DNA of 64,000 nucleotides, from NCBI GenBank assembly GCA_043825875.1, contig JBDRRF010000051.1:96001-160000 (forward strand), in the 5' to 3' direction. The notes below the pieces were generated by a model that was given only the letters and a program-made list of their open reading frames with translations, did not search any database and had not been told where the DNA came from. How positions within the stretch are numbered: the first letter of the stretch is position 1; each line of letters begins with the position of its first letter. The stretch comes from Pseudomonadota bacterium. Its GTDB lineage: Bacteria > Desulfobacterota > Desulfobacteria > Desulfobacterales > RPRI01. Positions 39,046-48,948 of this stretch are shown here, in pieces. The translations under genes were made by a program, and so were the position numbers.

Positions 39046-39723
39046 TTAATTACAACAACTACAAGAACAAGTGTTTCCTTTAGACTTTTCTATCGCTTCT
39101 TTACCTTCCTTATACGAATAATATGCCAACCCTATTGCTCCGATTGAATCAATATAACCTATTTTAAAAATCTCAAATAAAAGACTTGATATAAGCAATA
39201 TTACAGAAAGATACAAACATGTTTTTGTGCAATTGGCATCAGCAATAATTGCGTCAGAATTAAGCTTTCTGCCAACACTAAGTTTCGCCTTCATCAAAAA
39301 CAACATTGACAAAATGGATATAACTGAAATTATAATCCCCCATAAAGTCGATACAGGCTTGCTTCCAGCATAAATATTATAAATTGATGTCATGGAAAGT
39401 CCGATAGCCAATATGTAAAATGAAGTGCCGGTTATAATTAAGGCATTTTTCTCAAACGAATCTTTTGTGCTGCCATCATTTTTAATCCGGATAATCATAT
39501 GCAAAATACCGATTCCTGATGCTACCTCCACAAATGAATCAAGCCCGAATCCGAATAATGATATTGTTTCATCTGTAAAGCCAAATATTACAGATACCAA
39601 TCCTTCTATGATATTGTAGCAGATTGTAATTACTGCCAGCAATAATGCGCGATTTAATAATTTATTGCTGCCAGCGGCATTTACGCCAGCAGAAGAAATT
39701 ACAAATGGTTTCAATTCTTTCAT
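39046..39723 (-). CDS. Cation efflux (CDF TM-domain only) protein
   Basis: YNIIEG, FGLDSFVE, ADANCT; Cys-rich tail. Confidence 0.75.
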   Translation of the reverse strand: MKELKPFVISSAGVNAAGSNKLLNRALLLAVITICYNIIEGLVSVIFGFTDETISLFGFGLDSFVEVASGIGILHMIIRIKNDGSTKDSFEKNALIITGTSFYILAIGLSMTSIYNIYAGSKPVSTLWGIIISVISILSMLFLMKAKLSVGRKLNSDAIIADANCTKTCLYLSVILLISSLLFEIFKIGYIDSIGAIGLAYYSYKEGKEAIEKSKGNTCSCSCCN

Positions 39724-40064
39724 ATCCCTTTAGCAAGCGCTTCAAAGCTTGCTTTTGCATCCGCAGAAAGCTTATGAAATTCAGAAAGGTGCCCACAAGG
39801 CTGCTCTTCGCATACGGTACAATTCTCTATCCCTTTTTCACGACAGCATTTTCTTATTTCACACATGCGGCAATGCGCTATAAGCCTTCCGCTTTCGGAA
39901 AGGCATCCGTCACAGTTCATATCCTCAGGCTTAAATTCAAATCCATACTTTTTAAAGAAAAATTCAGCCGTCTCTGCCCTGGCATTATCATCATCATTTA
40001 TAGTAGCTAAAAAAACAGGGCAATTTGAACAAACAAGGCCACAGCAACCAATAATTTGTGTCAT
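39720..40064 (-). CDS. DUF3795 Cys-rich protein
   Basis: CCGLVCSNCP, CDGC, CEIRKCC, CTVC...PC. Confidence 0.8.
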   Translation of the reverse strand: MTQIIGCCGLVCSNCPVFLATINDDDNARAETAEFFFKKYGFEFKPEDMNCDGCLSESGRLIAHCRMCEIRKCCREKGIENCTVCEEQPCGHLSEFHKLSADAKASFEALAKGI

Positions 40065-40451
40065 TATTAATTTGCTCCTTTTTCGTATATTCTGCTTATA
40101 ATTAATATAATTAATAAGCTTTTGTGTAAACCCAATTTTGATCTTAGAGAATTTTTTATATTTTGTAAAGAAATGCGTTTGTTATGTCATAAAATAATAC
40201 TTGGCGACAAAGAGGGTTAAAGTTTATAACAAATATATTTTGTTTGGTAATGATTAGATTTACTGAATTGAATAACAATGAATAGTTGATGATGGTTTTG
40301 GCAGGAACCGCGGGTTAATTCCGCACTGGCGGCAGAGGTAAGATTAAAAAATATTTATAATTCGAAATTCCTTATTCGATATTCGATATTCGTTTTTATA
40401 GATAAACTTTCACTCTTATCCAAAAACGGTTTTGGACGAGAGTGAAATCCA

Positions 40452-41327
40452 TTATTCAGGGTTTGGTACCAAGAAATTTATCTTTTGATTATAAATTGAA
40501 ATATCTAAAGGTAACTCATCAGAAAGTTCACCATCAGATTGGGAACAAATGGCAGGGCCTGAAACCAATAAATTATCAGAGCAAAAATAAATACAATCTT
40601 TGTTATGATGGTTTATGTTTAAAATGACAAAAAGTAAAAATTTAATCAGTGAATAAAATCCTCCTTTTTTTAATAAACATACATCAAACAAGCCTTTATC
40701 CATCTTCGCATCAGGTGTAATTTTTAAAAATCCGGCATAATAAATACTTTGACTTACAAGAATGAAGGTTCCCTGGTATTCTTGATTATTAGCTCTTATT
40801 TTAATTAAAGGATATTTATATAGGAAGATAGCTTTTATAAACATAAGAAAATATGAACCACGGCCAAACAGCTTTTTTAAGTTATGATTGATACATTTTA
40901 CAACGAAACTATCTATGCCCACACTTTGCATTAATATAAATTTCTTACCATTACTATTTCCAATATATAATTGTTTTTTTTCACCATTAAATATTTCATG
41001 TAATGCTTTATTTATGTTTTTAGAAATTTTATACTCTTTTGCAAATATATTTACTGTACCGAAAGGAAGTACTATTAATACTTTACTATATGAAGAAAGA
41101 CCATTAATAACTTCATTGATTGTGCCATCTCCACCACAAATTACATAATAATTATAATCGCTAGAAGAATACTCTTTTGCTATCCTTAAAGCATCATTTG
41201 ACCCTTTTGTATATTCGACTTTGAAAGCATAATTGCGTGAAGAAAAATAGTCAAATATGACACTTTCATATTTTTCAACTCGCCCACCACCAGAGAATCG
41301 ATTTATTATAATTAGATATTTATTCAT
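40452..41327 (-). CDS. Diacylglycerol/lipid kinase family protein
   Basis: INRFSG, GGDGTINE, LPFGTVN, QSDGE; very AT-rich. Confidence 0.85.
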   Translation of the reverse strand: MNKYLIIINRFSGGGRVEKYESVIFDYFSSRNYAFKVEYTKGSNDALRIAKEYSSSDYNYYVICGGDGTINEVINGLSSYSKVLIVLPFGTVNIFAKEYKISKNINKALHEIFNGEKKQLYIGNSNGKKFILMQSVGIDSFVVKCINHNLKKLFGRGSYFLMFIKAIFLYKYPLIKIRANNQEYQGTFILVSQSIYYAGFLKITPDAKMDKGLFDVCLLKKGGFYSLIKFLLFVILNINHHNKDCIYFCSDNLLVSGPAICSQSDGELSDELPLDISIYNQKINFLVPNPE

Positions 41328-41437
41328 GGTAAATACTATAATTGCCTACCTATTGATTTCTTTTTATCACGACGAAACAACCTAGGTAATGAAGTCAGGT
41401 CTACATTTGACCTTTAGTTACTTATTCTTTTAAAGTT

Positions 41438-41635
41438 TTAATCCCTTTTACTAATTTCCGGCTCATACATAAATGCGATAAAATCCTTCAACCGCCCCTG
41501 CTTTTTAGGCGTAATCATTTCAAATATATAATCTTTATACAGCCAATCCCATTTCTTGGCAAATGAAAGATAGCCCTTGTAGCTACTCCAGGGATATTCA
41601 TCAGGATGTTTTACTATACCGGCTTTAACAGGGTT
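41438..41635 (-). pseudogene. RAYT (Y1) transposase fragment
   Basis: Manual translation NPVKAGIVKHPDEYPWSSYKGY...WDWL; in-frame TAA immediately upstream. Confidence 0.8.
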
Positions 41636-42044
41636 TTAAGGAGAATCCATTGCTAAAGCTGGTAAATATTATCTTGAAATTTAGAGCCACTTTTTTAAAT
41701 GGCGTGTCAGTCTGCACTCACTAAGTCGGACACCGTTTTGTCTCCCGCCCCGCATACAACATTTCTTTAAAAAGCATATTATAGCGTTTGTCAGAATAAC
41801 ATTCCTTATTACAGCAAAAATGTTGAAGCTACAGAATGCTTTATGCTTTTCCAATCGGAACAGATTTATGACAAACGCTATAAAATGGAACTTCTTCAAA
41901 AATTACTTAAACAAAAAAGGGTTCAAGGATGATAAATGAAAAATATCACTTAATCCCTTGAACCCTTTAATAATGAACAACCCCATTTAATTCTCCCTAT
42001 GTTAAGGGAAAAGTGAGTTGTTAAAACCTTTCAAAAAATGCGAA

Positions 42045-43427
42045 CTATTTTTTCTGTTCGTATGCTTTTTCTATCATCTGCCCTTTGGCACCAGGACCTG
42101 CTGCTCTTTCCAGTGTATTGGGAGGAATGATAGTGATAGATGTTCTGCATTTTAGTTTAATATGCATTGCATCTTCCAATTCCTTTTTAAGAGCATTTTT
42201 ATCATCTTCCGAACTAATATCCATTCCACATTCCACTTTAATCTTCATTGGAGGTGGTACACCCGGCCCAGGCTGATCTAATACTATTCTCATCTCTCCT
42301 GTTGTTTTCGGCTCTAATGAACTGACAACATTTTTAATAGCCGCAGGATAGACATTTACTCCTTTTATGATAAGCATATCATCGCTTCTGCCGAGAATCT
42401 TGATTCGTGGGAATTTCCATCCGCATTTGCATGTTTCTGTAAACACCTGGAAAATATCTCCCGGAGACCACTTGAAGAAAGGACGTGCCATCCATTGTAG
42501 ATTAGTCATTCGGCTTTCTCCAACCATGCCATCTGTAATATTCCTGATCGGCTCTTTTGTAGACGGATCAACCAAATCTTCCATAATCAAGATGAAATCA
42601 CGAGTCAACAAATGCATTCCCTGATAATCATCCAGATCGCATGAGCCACCTATATAGCCACCAAAAGAATCATAAAGGCGGCAACGATAAGCGTCTTCAA
42701 TCTTTTTCTTTACAGCCGGTATGGCAGCAGCAGGAGCACCGGAACTAATCAGTCTTTTGAGCCCTAATTGACTTACATCTTTTTTTAATATTTTCGGTGT
42801 GGCTTCTATAAGATATTCAATAAGAGGTCCTGTAGCAAGTAATGTCGTAGGCTTAGTTACATCAAGCATTCTAAGAATTTTTTCCGTTCCTGCCTCAGCA
42901 CCTATCGGAATAGGCAAGCATCCATACCATCTTAATGCATGTTCATATATTCTCAGACCTGCCAGGTTCGCAGCGCCTGCAGCATATAATACTCTTTCTC
43001 CGGGACGTAAACCCATTTTCCAGAAATGACGCCCTGCCATATGATGATGTATTTCATAATCTTCTTTTGTAAACAAATAGGGAAAAGTCGGCTCACCGGT
43101 AGTTCCTGTGGTTGAACCCAGATGAATTATTTTGTCTATGGGAGCACAAAGATTTGTTCCAAAAGGATGCCCATATTTTTCAGAAGATGCTGTTTGTGTT
43201 TCTCTATCATCAGTTTTTGCAAAATAAAGATTAAGGTTTCTGAAATCATCCCATGTTTTAATATCTTCGGGTTTTACTCCAATTTCATCGAATTTCTTTT
43301 GGTAAAAATCCGGAGAATTATCATAAATGTATTTTATTTGTTTTTTAAGTTTTGTCATCTGTAGTTGCCGGAGTTCATCTGCAGGCATATCCTCCAATTC
43401 CGCCAACTCTTTATCATAATCAATCAT
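42045..43427 (-). CDS. Phenylacetate-CoA ligase-like aryl-CoA ligase
   Basis: STTGTTGEP P-loop, GRSDDMLIIKGVNVYP. Confidence 0.85.
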   Translation of the reverse strand: MIDYDKELAELEDMPADELRQLQMTKLKKQIKYIYDNSPDFYQKKFDEIGVKPEDIKTWDDFRNLNLYFAKTDDRETQTASSEKYGHPFGTNLCAPIDKIIHLGSTTGTTGEPTFPYLFTKEDYEIHHHMAGRHFWKMGLRPGERVLYAAGAANLAGLRIYEHALRWYGCLPIPIGAEAGTEKILRMLDVTKPTTLLATGPLIEYLIEATPKILKKDVSQLGLKRLISSGAPAAAIPAVKKKIEDAYRCRLYDSFGGYIGGSCDLDDYQGMHLLTRDFILIMEDLVDPSTKEPIRNITDGMVGESRMTNLQWMARPFFKWSPGDIFQVFTETCKCGWKFPRIKILGRSDDMLIIKGVNVYPAAIKNVVSSLEPKTTGEMRIVLDQPGPGVPPPMKIKVECGMDISSEDDKNALKKELEDAMHIKLKCRTSITIIPPNTLERAAGPGAKGQMIEKAYEQKK

Positions 43428-43654
43428 TTCTAAAATCTCCTTGTCTTGTCGATATCAAACCATTTTGACCAAGGCAATTATCATATGTTATTTTTTTACG
43501 CAACCAATTTTTCTTTATTTTACTACAATCTATACAAATAGACTCCCAATCAAGCATATACCCCTGGGATGACCAGAGGTATATGTCTAACATATCGATT
43601 GTATAAATCTAATCCGGACAAACCCGCCGGATTAAAAGATAATTCCATTTTCCA

Positions 43655-44560
43655 CTATTCAAGTTTATAAACTCTCATAGCATTATCCCTTAATACCTTT
43701 TTCTTTATTTCATCTTTTATGGGAAGCTCAAGAAACTCTTTCTTACATCTTGTAAGGCCGAATCCGTTAGTAGCCCACATTACTTTATCCTGCCCTCTTC
43801 CGTTAATAAATTTAATTATATCGGGATGGAGATCGGAAGGATAATATGCCCCAATATTGCCGTAAACATTATTATGCCTCCAGATCATGGATATCCACTC
43901 TGAAATCCATGGGAATCCGGTGTGAGTAAGCACAATAGTAAGATCCGGAAAATCCATGGCGATTTCATCTGCATACATCGGATGTCCGGGCTCACTCGGC
44001 AATGCCTCGGCTGAATGTCCTACCTGAAAAGACACAGGTATTCCCATATCAAGACATTTACTGTACAAAGGATACATTTTTTTATCATCCGGCCTGATTC
44101 CGTAGCTGATAGGATGTGCAAATACAAACTTGCAGCCGTAAGCTTCATAGGCCTGATCTATTTCTTCCAGACTTTCTTTTATTCTGAAAGGGTTCCAGCT
44201 TGCACCACCTATTATCCGGCCTTTTGATTTATCAACAAAATTCTTTATTGTTTCAACAGACCAGTTTACCCAGAATGTATGATCGCGTCTGGACCAGTTC
44301 TTGGCACATTCCATAAAAATGTACTGCACCCCGATCTTGTCCATTTCCTCGACCACACCTTCTACCGAACCGGGGCCCATCATACCGAGCACTTTCCATT
44401 CTTCGCCGGGTTTTAATCCCAATCTTTTAGCCACACCGGCAAAGGTACCCTTTACCATTTGCTTAACTTCACTTATTTCAAACATCGGCTTGGCTATCTC
44501 AGGATCGGCATAAAATGCCCTGCACATGCTGTCTACAGCCATGACGTCTTTTAATTCCAT
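43655..44560 (-). CDS. Amidohydrolase_2 family protein
   Basis: MYPLYSKC, FQVGH, IAMDFPDLTIVLTHTGFPW. Confidence 0.82.
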   Translation of the reverse strand: MELKDVMAVDSMCRAFYADPEIAKPMFEISEVKQMVKGTFAGVAKRLGLKPGEEWKVLGMMGPGSVEGVVEEMDKIGVQYIFMECAKNWSRRDHTFWVNWSVETIKNFVDKSKGRIIGGASWNPFRIKESLEEIDQAYEAYGCKFVFAHPISYGIRPDDKKMYPLYSKCLDMGIPVSFQVGHSAEALPSEPGHPMYADEIAMDFPDLTIVLTHTGFPWISEWISMIWRHNNVYGNIGAYYPSDLHPDIIKFINGRGQDKVMWATNGFGLTRCKKEFLELPIKDEIKKKVLRDNAMRVYKLE

Positions 44561-44610
44561 CTCATCTCCTCCTTAATTTCTGCTTTTTAACATTAACAGA
44601 TTCCAGAATA

Positions 44611-46800
44611 TCAAGCACCAACCTGTACATCCCAAACAGGAGCAGTGCCCGGAGGAAGAGCATCCTGGCATAACAATGTTGTACAGCTTGGGCAATAGAA
44701 CTCATGATAAACAAGAAATCTGTCGGTCTGAAGATAATTTGCTCCGATATCGCAGCCTTTAATCTCGGCTTTTAATGCGTGATCTTTATAATTCTGATCA
44801 TTTCCGCAAAATACATGGCCGCATTTTAGGCACTGGATCTTCTTGTCTTTGGTTATCTGAAGATTTTCATGAATTCTTATGATACCTTCTTCAATCGGAG
44901 CACAGTTCAGCGCAGGAGCTTTACATGTTGATGCAGCACGTTCTCTTCTTTTTGCCTTGAGAAGTTCTCTTTGTTTTTCCGTTGCTTCTATGTTAATGCC
45001 CTCATTTTTGCCTTCAATTACTACACCATATATATCTATTGCATATTCAGGAGTAATTATCAGATTTATAATATCGGCTAAAACTCTTTCAGGTTCACGA
45101 TCCAGAGGATCTCCATACCCGCCTGCTCCTACTCCATACAGATAGTAGATATCACCCTGGAAAGCAGGTGTTGCGGAAACCATGGTAGGCCATTCTTTTT
45201 GATCGCCTCCAGTTGCTTTAATATCTTCAAGGCAGGTAATAGCCTTGCCACTTGCCAGATATGCGTCACTTGTGGTGTTATTGGCAACGTAATTTTTATA
45301 AGGAGCCGGCTGATGGCCTCCCCATAATCCGGGACCACCTGTGGTTTCCTTGTTCCAGCCAAGAATAAGAACCTGAACTCCGGGAGTATTATGAACCTTA
45401 TAAATAACTTCCATACCTGTACCACCGCGGTATTTACCGGCGCCGGCTGAATTTATGGCCTGACGTTTTACAAGATAAATAAAAGGCATGATTGATTCAT
45501 ACATTTCAACATCACCGGCTATAACTTCAGGCGTTACTGGAAAGCAACCCGAATCAACACCGTCAAAACCGGAACCGGCACCCTGACCACCGCTTAAGAT
45601 ATCAAAAAATACTGTCCCCATAACAAGTCCATACTGATTGGGACCGCCCCAGGCTATAACTGCCGAATTAGGCGGTGAACAGGCATTCTGATCGCCATAA
45701 TATTCAGGAACTCCCACCATCATTCTGGAAACCAGAGTATTTAATATAGCGCAAAGCTGTAAAACATGGAAAGCCGACATGCTTACAGGTGCAGGCCAGT
45801 TTGCATTTTCTATACAACCTTCAGGAGCTATAATATCTACAACATCTAAAACTCCTCTGTTCCACTGCTCTACATAAAACAACCGGGTGCATAAAATTGT
45901 GTAAACAACGCCTACTACTGATTCATAAACCATGTTGGTCGGGCCGGGCCTCTGGGGATCTGAACCGGTAAAGTCAACAGTAAGTCTGTCTCCTTTTTTG
46001 GTAAGTGTTGTAACTATTTTGGCCAGATTGTAGTTTTTACCGTCATGATCTATATAGGTTACATCCCGCCAGACACCATCGGGAAGTTCTTTCAGTTTGG
46101 CCTTGGCATATGCTCTTGTATCATTGATCATTTGTACAAATATGGACTGCATGTCTTCTTTGCCATATTTATTAAATAATTTTATTATACGATCCTTGCC
46201 CACATTTAATCCTGCAACACGTGCACGGCAGTCAAGTGTTATTCCTCCCGGATCACGGACGGCTCTTTGAAGAAGCATATATGTGTCTTTGCGCTCAACA
46301 CCTTTATCCATGAGTTTCAAACCCGGAATTCTGATTCCTTCATGAAATATTTCAGTTGCACTCGGACACATTCCGCCGGGCTCTATAGCTCCTACTTCAC
46401 CTGTATGAAACAGTGCTGAAAGCCAGCCTATCATCTCGCCTTGGTAATACACAGGACAAAAACAGGTTTGATCAGGTGCATGAATTCCACCGATGTACGG
46501 GTCGTTAAACATGAAAACATCGCCATCGTTTATGCCGGGATTCTCAGTATACCACTCTATAACTTTTCCAATTTGTTTTTCTACACCGCTTATATGCAGC
46601 AACAAACCGGCTGAACTTACTATGGTTTCTCCGTTTGGTTGATGCAGACTGAAAAGAACCTCTTTGGCCTCAGTTACAACCACCGAGCCGGAAACTTTCT
46701 CCATAGTGGAACGTCCCTCCCACAAGGTCTGCCATATACTGTGCTTGACAACCTCATAGGTAATAGGATCTATTTTAAAATCACAACTATCTGTACTCAT
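44611..46800 (-). CDS. Hydantoinase B / acetone carboxylase alpha-like subunit fused to a gamma-like Zn domain
   Basis: DPITYEV, NDPYIGGIHAPD, HTGEVGAIEPGG, GAGKYRGG, GGYGDPLDR; tail CLKCG...NYK...EFYCPSC. Confidence 0.85.
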   Translation of the reverse strand: MSTDSCDFKIDPITYEVVKHSIWQTLWEGRSTMEKVSGSVVVTEAKEVLFSLHQPNGETIVSSAGLLLHISGVEKQIGKVIEWYTENPGINDGDVFMFNDPYIGGIHAPDQTCFCPVYYQGEMIGWLSALFHTGEVGAIEPGGMCPSATEIFHEGIRIPGLKLMDKGVERKDTYMLLQRAVRDPGGITLDCRARVAGLNVGKDRIIKLFNKYGKEDMQSIFVQMINDTRAYAKAKLKELPDGVWRDVTYIDHDGKNYNLAKIVTTLTKKGDRLTVDFTGSDPQRPGPTNMVYESVVGVVYTILCTRLFYVEQWNRGVLDVVDIIAPEGCIENANWPAPVSMSAFHVLQLCAILNTLVSRMMVGVPEYYGDQNACSPPNSAVIAWGGPNQYGLVMGTVFFDILSGGQGAGSGFDGVDSGCFPVTPEVIAGDVEMYESIMPFIYLVKRQAINSAGAGKYRGGTGMEVIYKVHNTPGVQVLILGWNKETTGGPGLWGGHQPAPYKNYVANNTTSDAYLASGKAITCLEDIKATGGDQKEWPTMVSATPAFQGDIYYLYGVGAGGYGDPLDREPERVLADIINLIITPEYAIDIYGVVIEGKNEGINIEATEKQRELLKAKRRERAASTCKAPALNCAPIEEGIIRIHENLQITKDKKIQCLKCGHVFCGNDQNYKDHALKAEIKGCDIGANYLQTDRFLVYHEFYCPSCTTLLCQDALPPGTAPVWDVQVGA

Positions 46801-46828
46801 ATATATATTCCTCCTCTACGGTCAAAAA

Positions 46829-48934
46829 TTAAAGTTTTACGATAACCACGTTCATGTACGCATCAACCTCCGCCAATTGATCGGGTAGGATAACCATGGT
46901 GGTACTCGGTGTTTCAATAATGGCCGGGCCTTCTATCTTGTTACCATATTTCAGCTTCCTGGAATCAAAGATATTGGTTTCTACATAGTCATTGTATTTT
47001 CTGAAAAAGGCGGGCCTGGTCCCTTTGATAGCCGGTGAAGAATCGGCAATAGGCTCATAATCAGCCTTTTCAAGGGAAGGTTTAAGAAGTTTACTTACAG
47101 CATTCAACCTGAAAGTTACAACCTGCATTCCCGCTTCACGGAACCCGGAACCCTTGCCGTAGATTTGCTCGTATCTGGCTTCCCAATCGTTCATAATCTG
47201 CCGTACATCCTCGGCATTAAGCTTTTTGGTCGGAGCCGGAATATTAACTTCATGTACCTGCCTGTTATATCTTAAATCCAGCTCACGGTGAAGCTCAACA
47301 TCTTCTGCTGCTATGCCTTCAAGAGCCATATCTGCTATCGCATGCTTTTCCATTTCTTCAAAAACAGCATTAAGATGTGTTGGATCTGCAGGCATAATAT
47401 TAACATCGGTCTGGGTGTAAACATGAATTACATCCGAACAGGCAATGCCGAATGCGGAAAATACCGAAGACTGAGGAGGAATTATAACCTTTTTAGCCCC
47501 AAGATCTTTGGAAAAAGATGCACAGTGCATGGGACCGTTACCACCATATGAAAGAAGCACGAAATCTCTCGGATCATGTCCTTTGTCAATTACTGACTGC
47601 CTTAAGTTGTCCGCCATAAATGAATTTATAATATCATATATACCGGCTGCTGCCTGAACCACATCCATGCAAAGAGGATCAGCAATTTTCTCTTTGATCG
47701 CCTTGTACGCTTTATCTTTATTTATGTTAAGCTTGCCGCCGAAGAAATAGCCCGGATTCAGATAACCAAGTACAACATCAACATCGGTTACTGTGGGTTC
47801 TGTGCCTCCACGCTCATAGCAAACAGGGCCTGGGGTTGAACCGGCACTGTCGGGCCCAACTTTAAGGGCACCTGTAACAGGATCGATCCTTGAGATTGTT
47901 CCGCCTGCCGCTCCGATACATGTGATATTGATAATCGGGATGGTTACACGAAAGCGCATCATGATGGGCTCTTTCTTGAAAGACCATTCACCGTCTGCCA
48001 GAACGCTCACGTCAAAACTCGTGCCGCCGACATCTGTTGTGATTATGTTTTTTTCTCCAAGAATGCTACCCAAATACTTGCTTCCTACAACGCCGCCTAC
48101 AGGCCCTGACTCAATGGTGGAAACAGGTCTTGCAGTCTCCCAGCTTGTTACTCCGCCGTAGGCATGCATAATCGAAATATCCTGTTTCAACCCGGAATTC
48201 TTCAGCTCGTGGTTTAAAGAATCAATATATTCACGAGTCAACTTTCCTATACAGGCATCGATAATTACAGTCATCGTACGGGCATATTCTCTGAGTTTGG
48301 GAGATATTTCATGAGATACCGCTAAATAAATATCCGGATAATTCTCCTCTACCAGCTTTTTCAATGCGATTTCATGTTCAGCGTTTGTAAAAGACCATAA
48401 CAGACATATAGCTATAGCCTCACAACCTTCCGCTGCCAGTTCGTCAATGGCCTGTTTTGCCTGCTTCATATCAAGGGGTATGACAGCCTTACCGAAACAG
48501 TCCATACGTTCAACTATACCTTTAATTAATGGACGAGGCACAAGCGGCTCTGGTTTGCGGCATACAGCCTGATGCTTGACTTCTTCTTCACTCAAACCGT
48601 CTGTTTTTGCACCGGCTCTCATAATAATGGAAATATCTTCATGCCCGGCTGTGGTTAAAAGACCTACTTTTCCGAATGTACGGTTTATAACAGCATTGGT
48701 TCCAAGAGTCGTACCATGACCTACATAAACCGTACTAGGCAAGATATCTTCCAGCTTCTTTCCCATCTCAGAAGCCCCGTCCCGCAAAGAACTGATAACA
48801 CCGGCCTTAAGATCCCCATAGTTAGTAAGAGCCTTACCGATAGTTACTTTTCCGTGCTTATCAATGATAACCGTGTCGGTAAAGGTTCCCCCGGTATCTA
48901 TACCAATAATATATTTTTCCTTTTCTTCTGCCAT
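46829..48934 (-). CDS. Hydantoinase A / acetone carboxylase beta-like ATP-binding subunit
   Basis: IDTGGTFTD, HGTT, ESGPVGG, DVGGTSFD, GPDSAGSTPGPVCY. Confidence 0.9.
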   Translation of the reverse strand: MAEEKEKYIIGIDTGGTFTDTVIIDKHGKVTIGKALTNYGDLKAGVISSLRDGASEMGKKLEDILPSTVYVGHGTTLGTNAVINRTFGKVGLLTTAGHEDISIIMRAGAKTDGLSEEEVKHQAVCRKPEPLVPRPLIKGIVERMDCFGKAVIPLDMKQAKQAIDELAAEGCEAIAICLLWSFTNAEHEIALKKLVEENYPDIYLAVSHEISPKLREYARTMTVIIDACIGKLTREYIDSLNHELKNSGLKQDISIMHAYGGVTSWETARPVSTIESGPVGGVVGSKYLGSILGEKNIITTDVGGTSFDVSVLADGEWSFKKEPIMMRFRVTIPIINITCIGAAGGTISRIDPVTGALKVGPDSAGSTPGPVCYERGGTEPTVTDVDVVLGYLNPGYFFGGKLNINKDKAYKAIKEKIADPLCMDVVQAAAGIYDIINSFMADNLRQSVIDKGHDPRDFVLLSYGGNGPMHCASFSKDLGAKKVIIPPQSSVFSAFGIACSDVIHVYTQTDVNIMPADPTHLNAVFEEMEKHAIADMALEGIAAEDVELHRELDLRYNRQVHEVNIPAPTKKLNAEDVRQIMNDWEARYEQIYGKGSGFREAGMQVVTFRLNAVSKLLKPSLEKADYEPIADSSPAIKGTRPAFFRKYNDYVETNIFDSRKLKYGNKIEGPAIIETPSTTMVILPDQLAEVDAYMNVVIVKL

Positions 48935-48948
48935 ATTATTCTCCCCTT

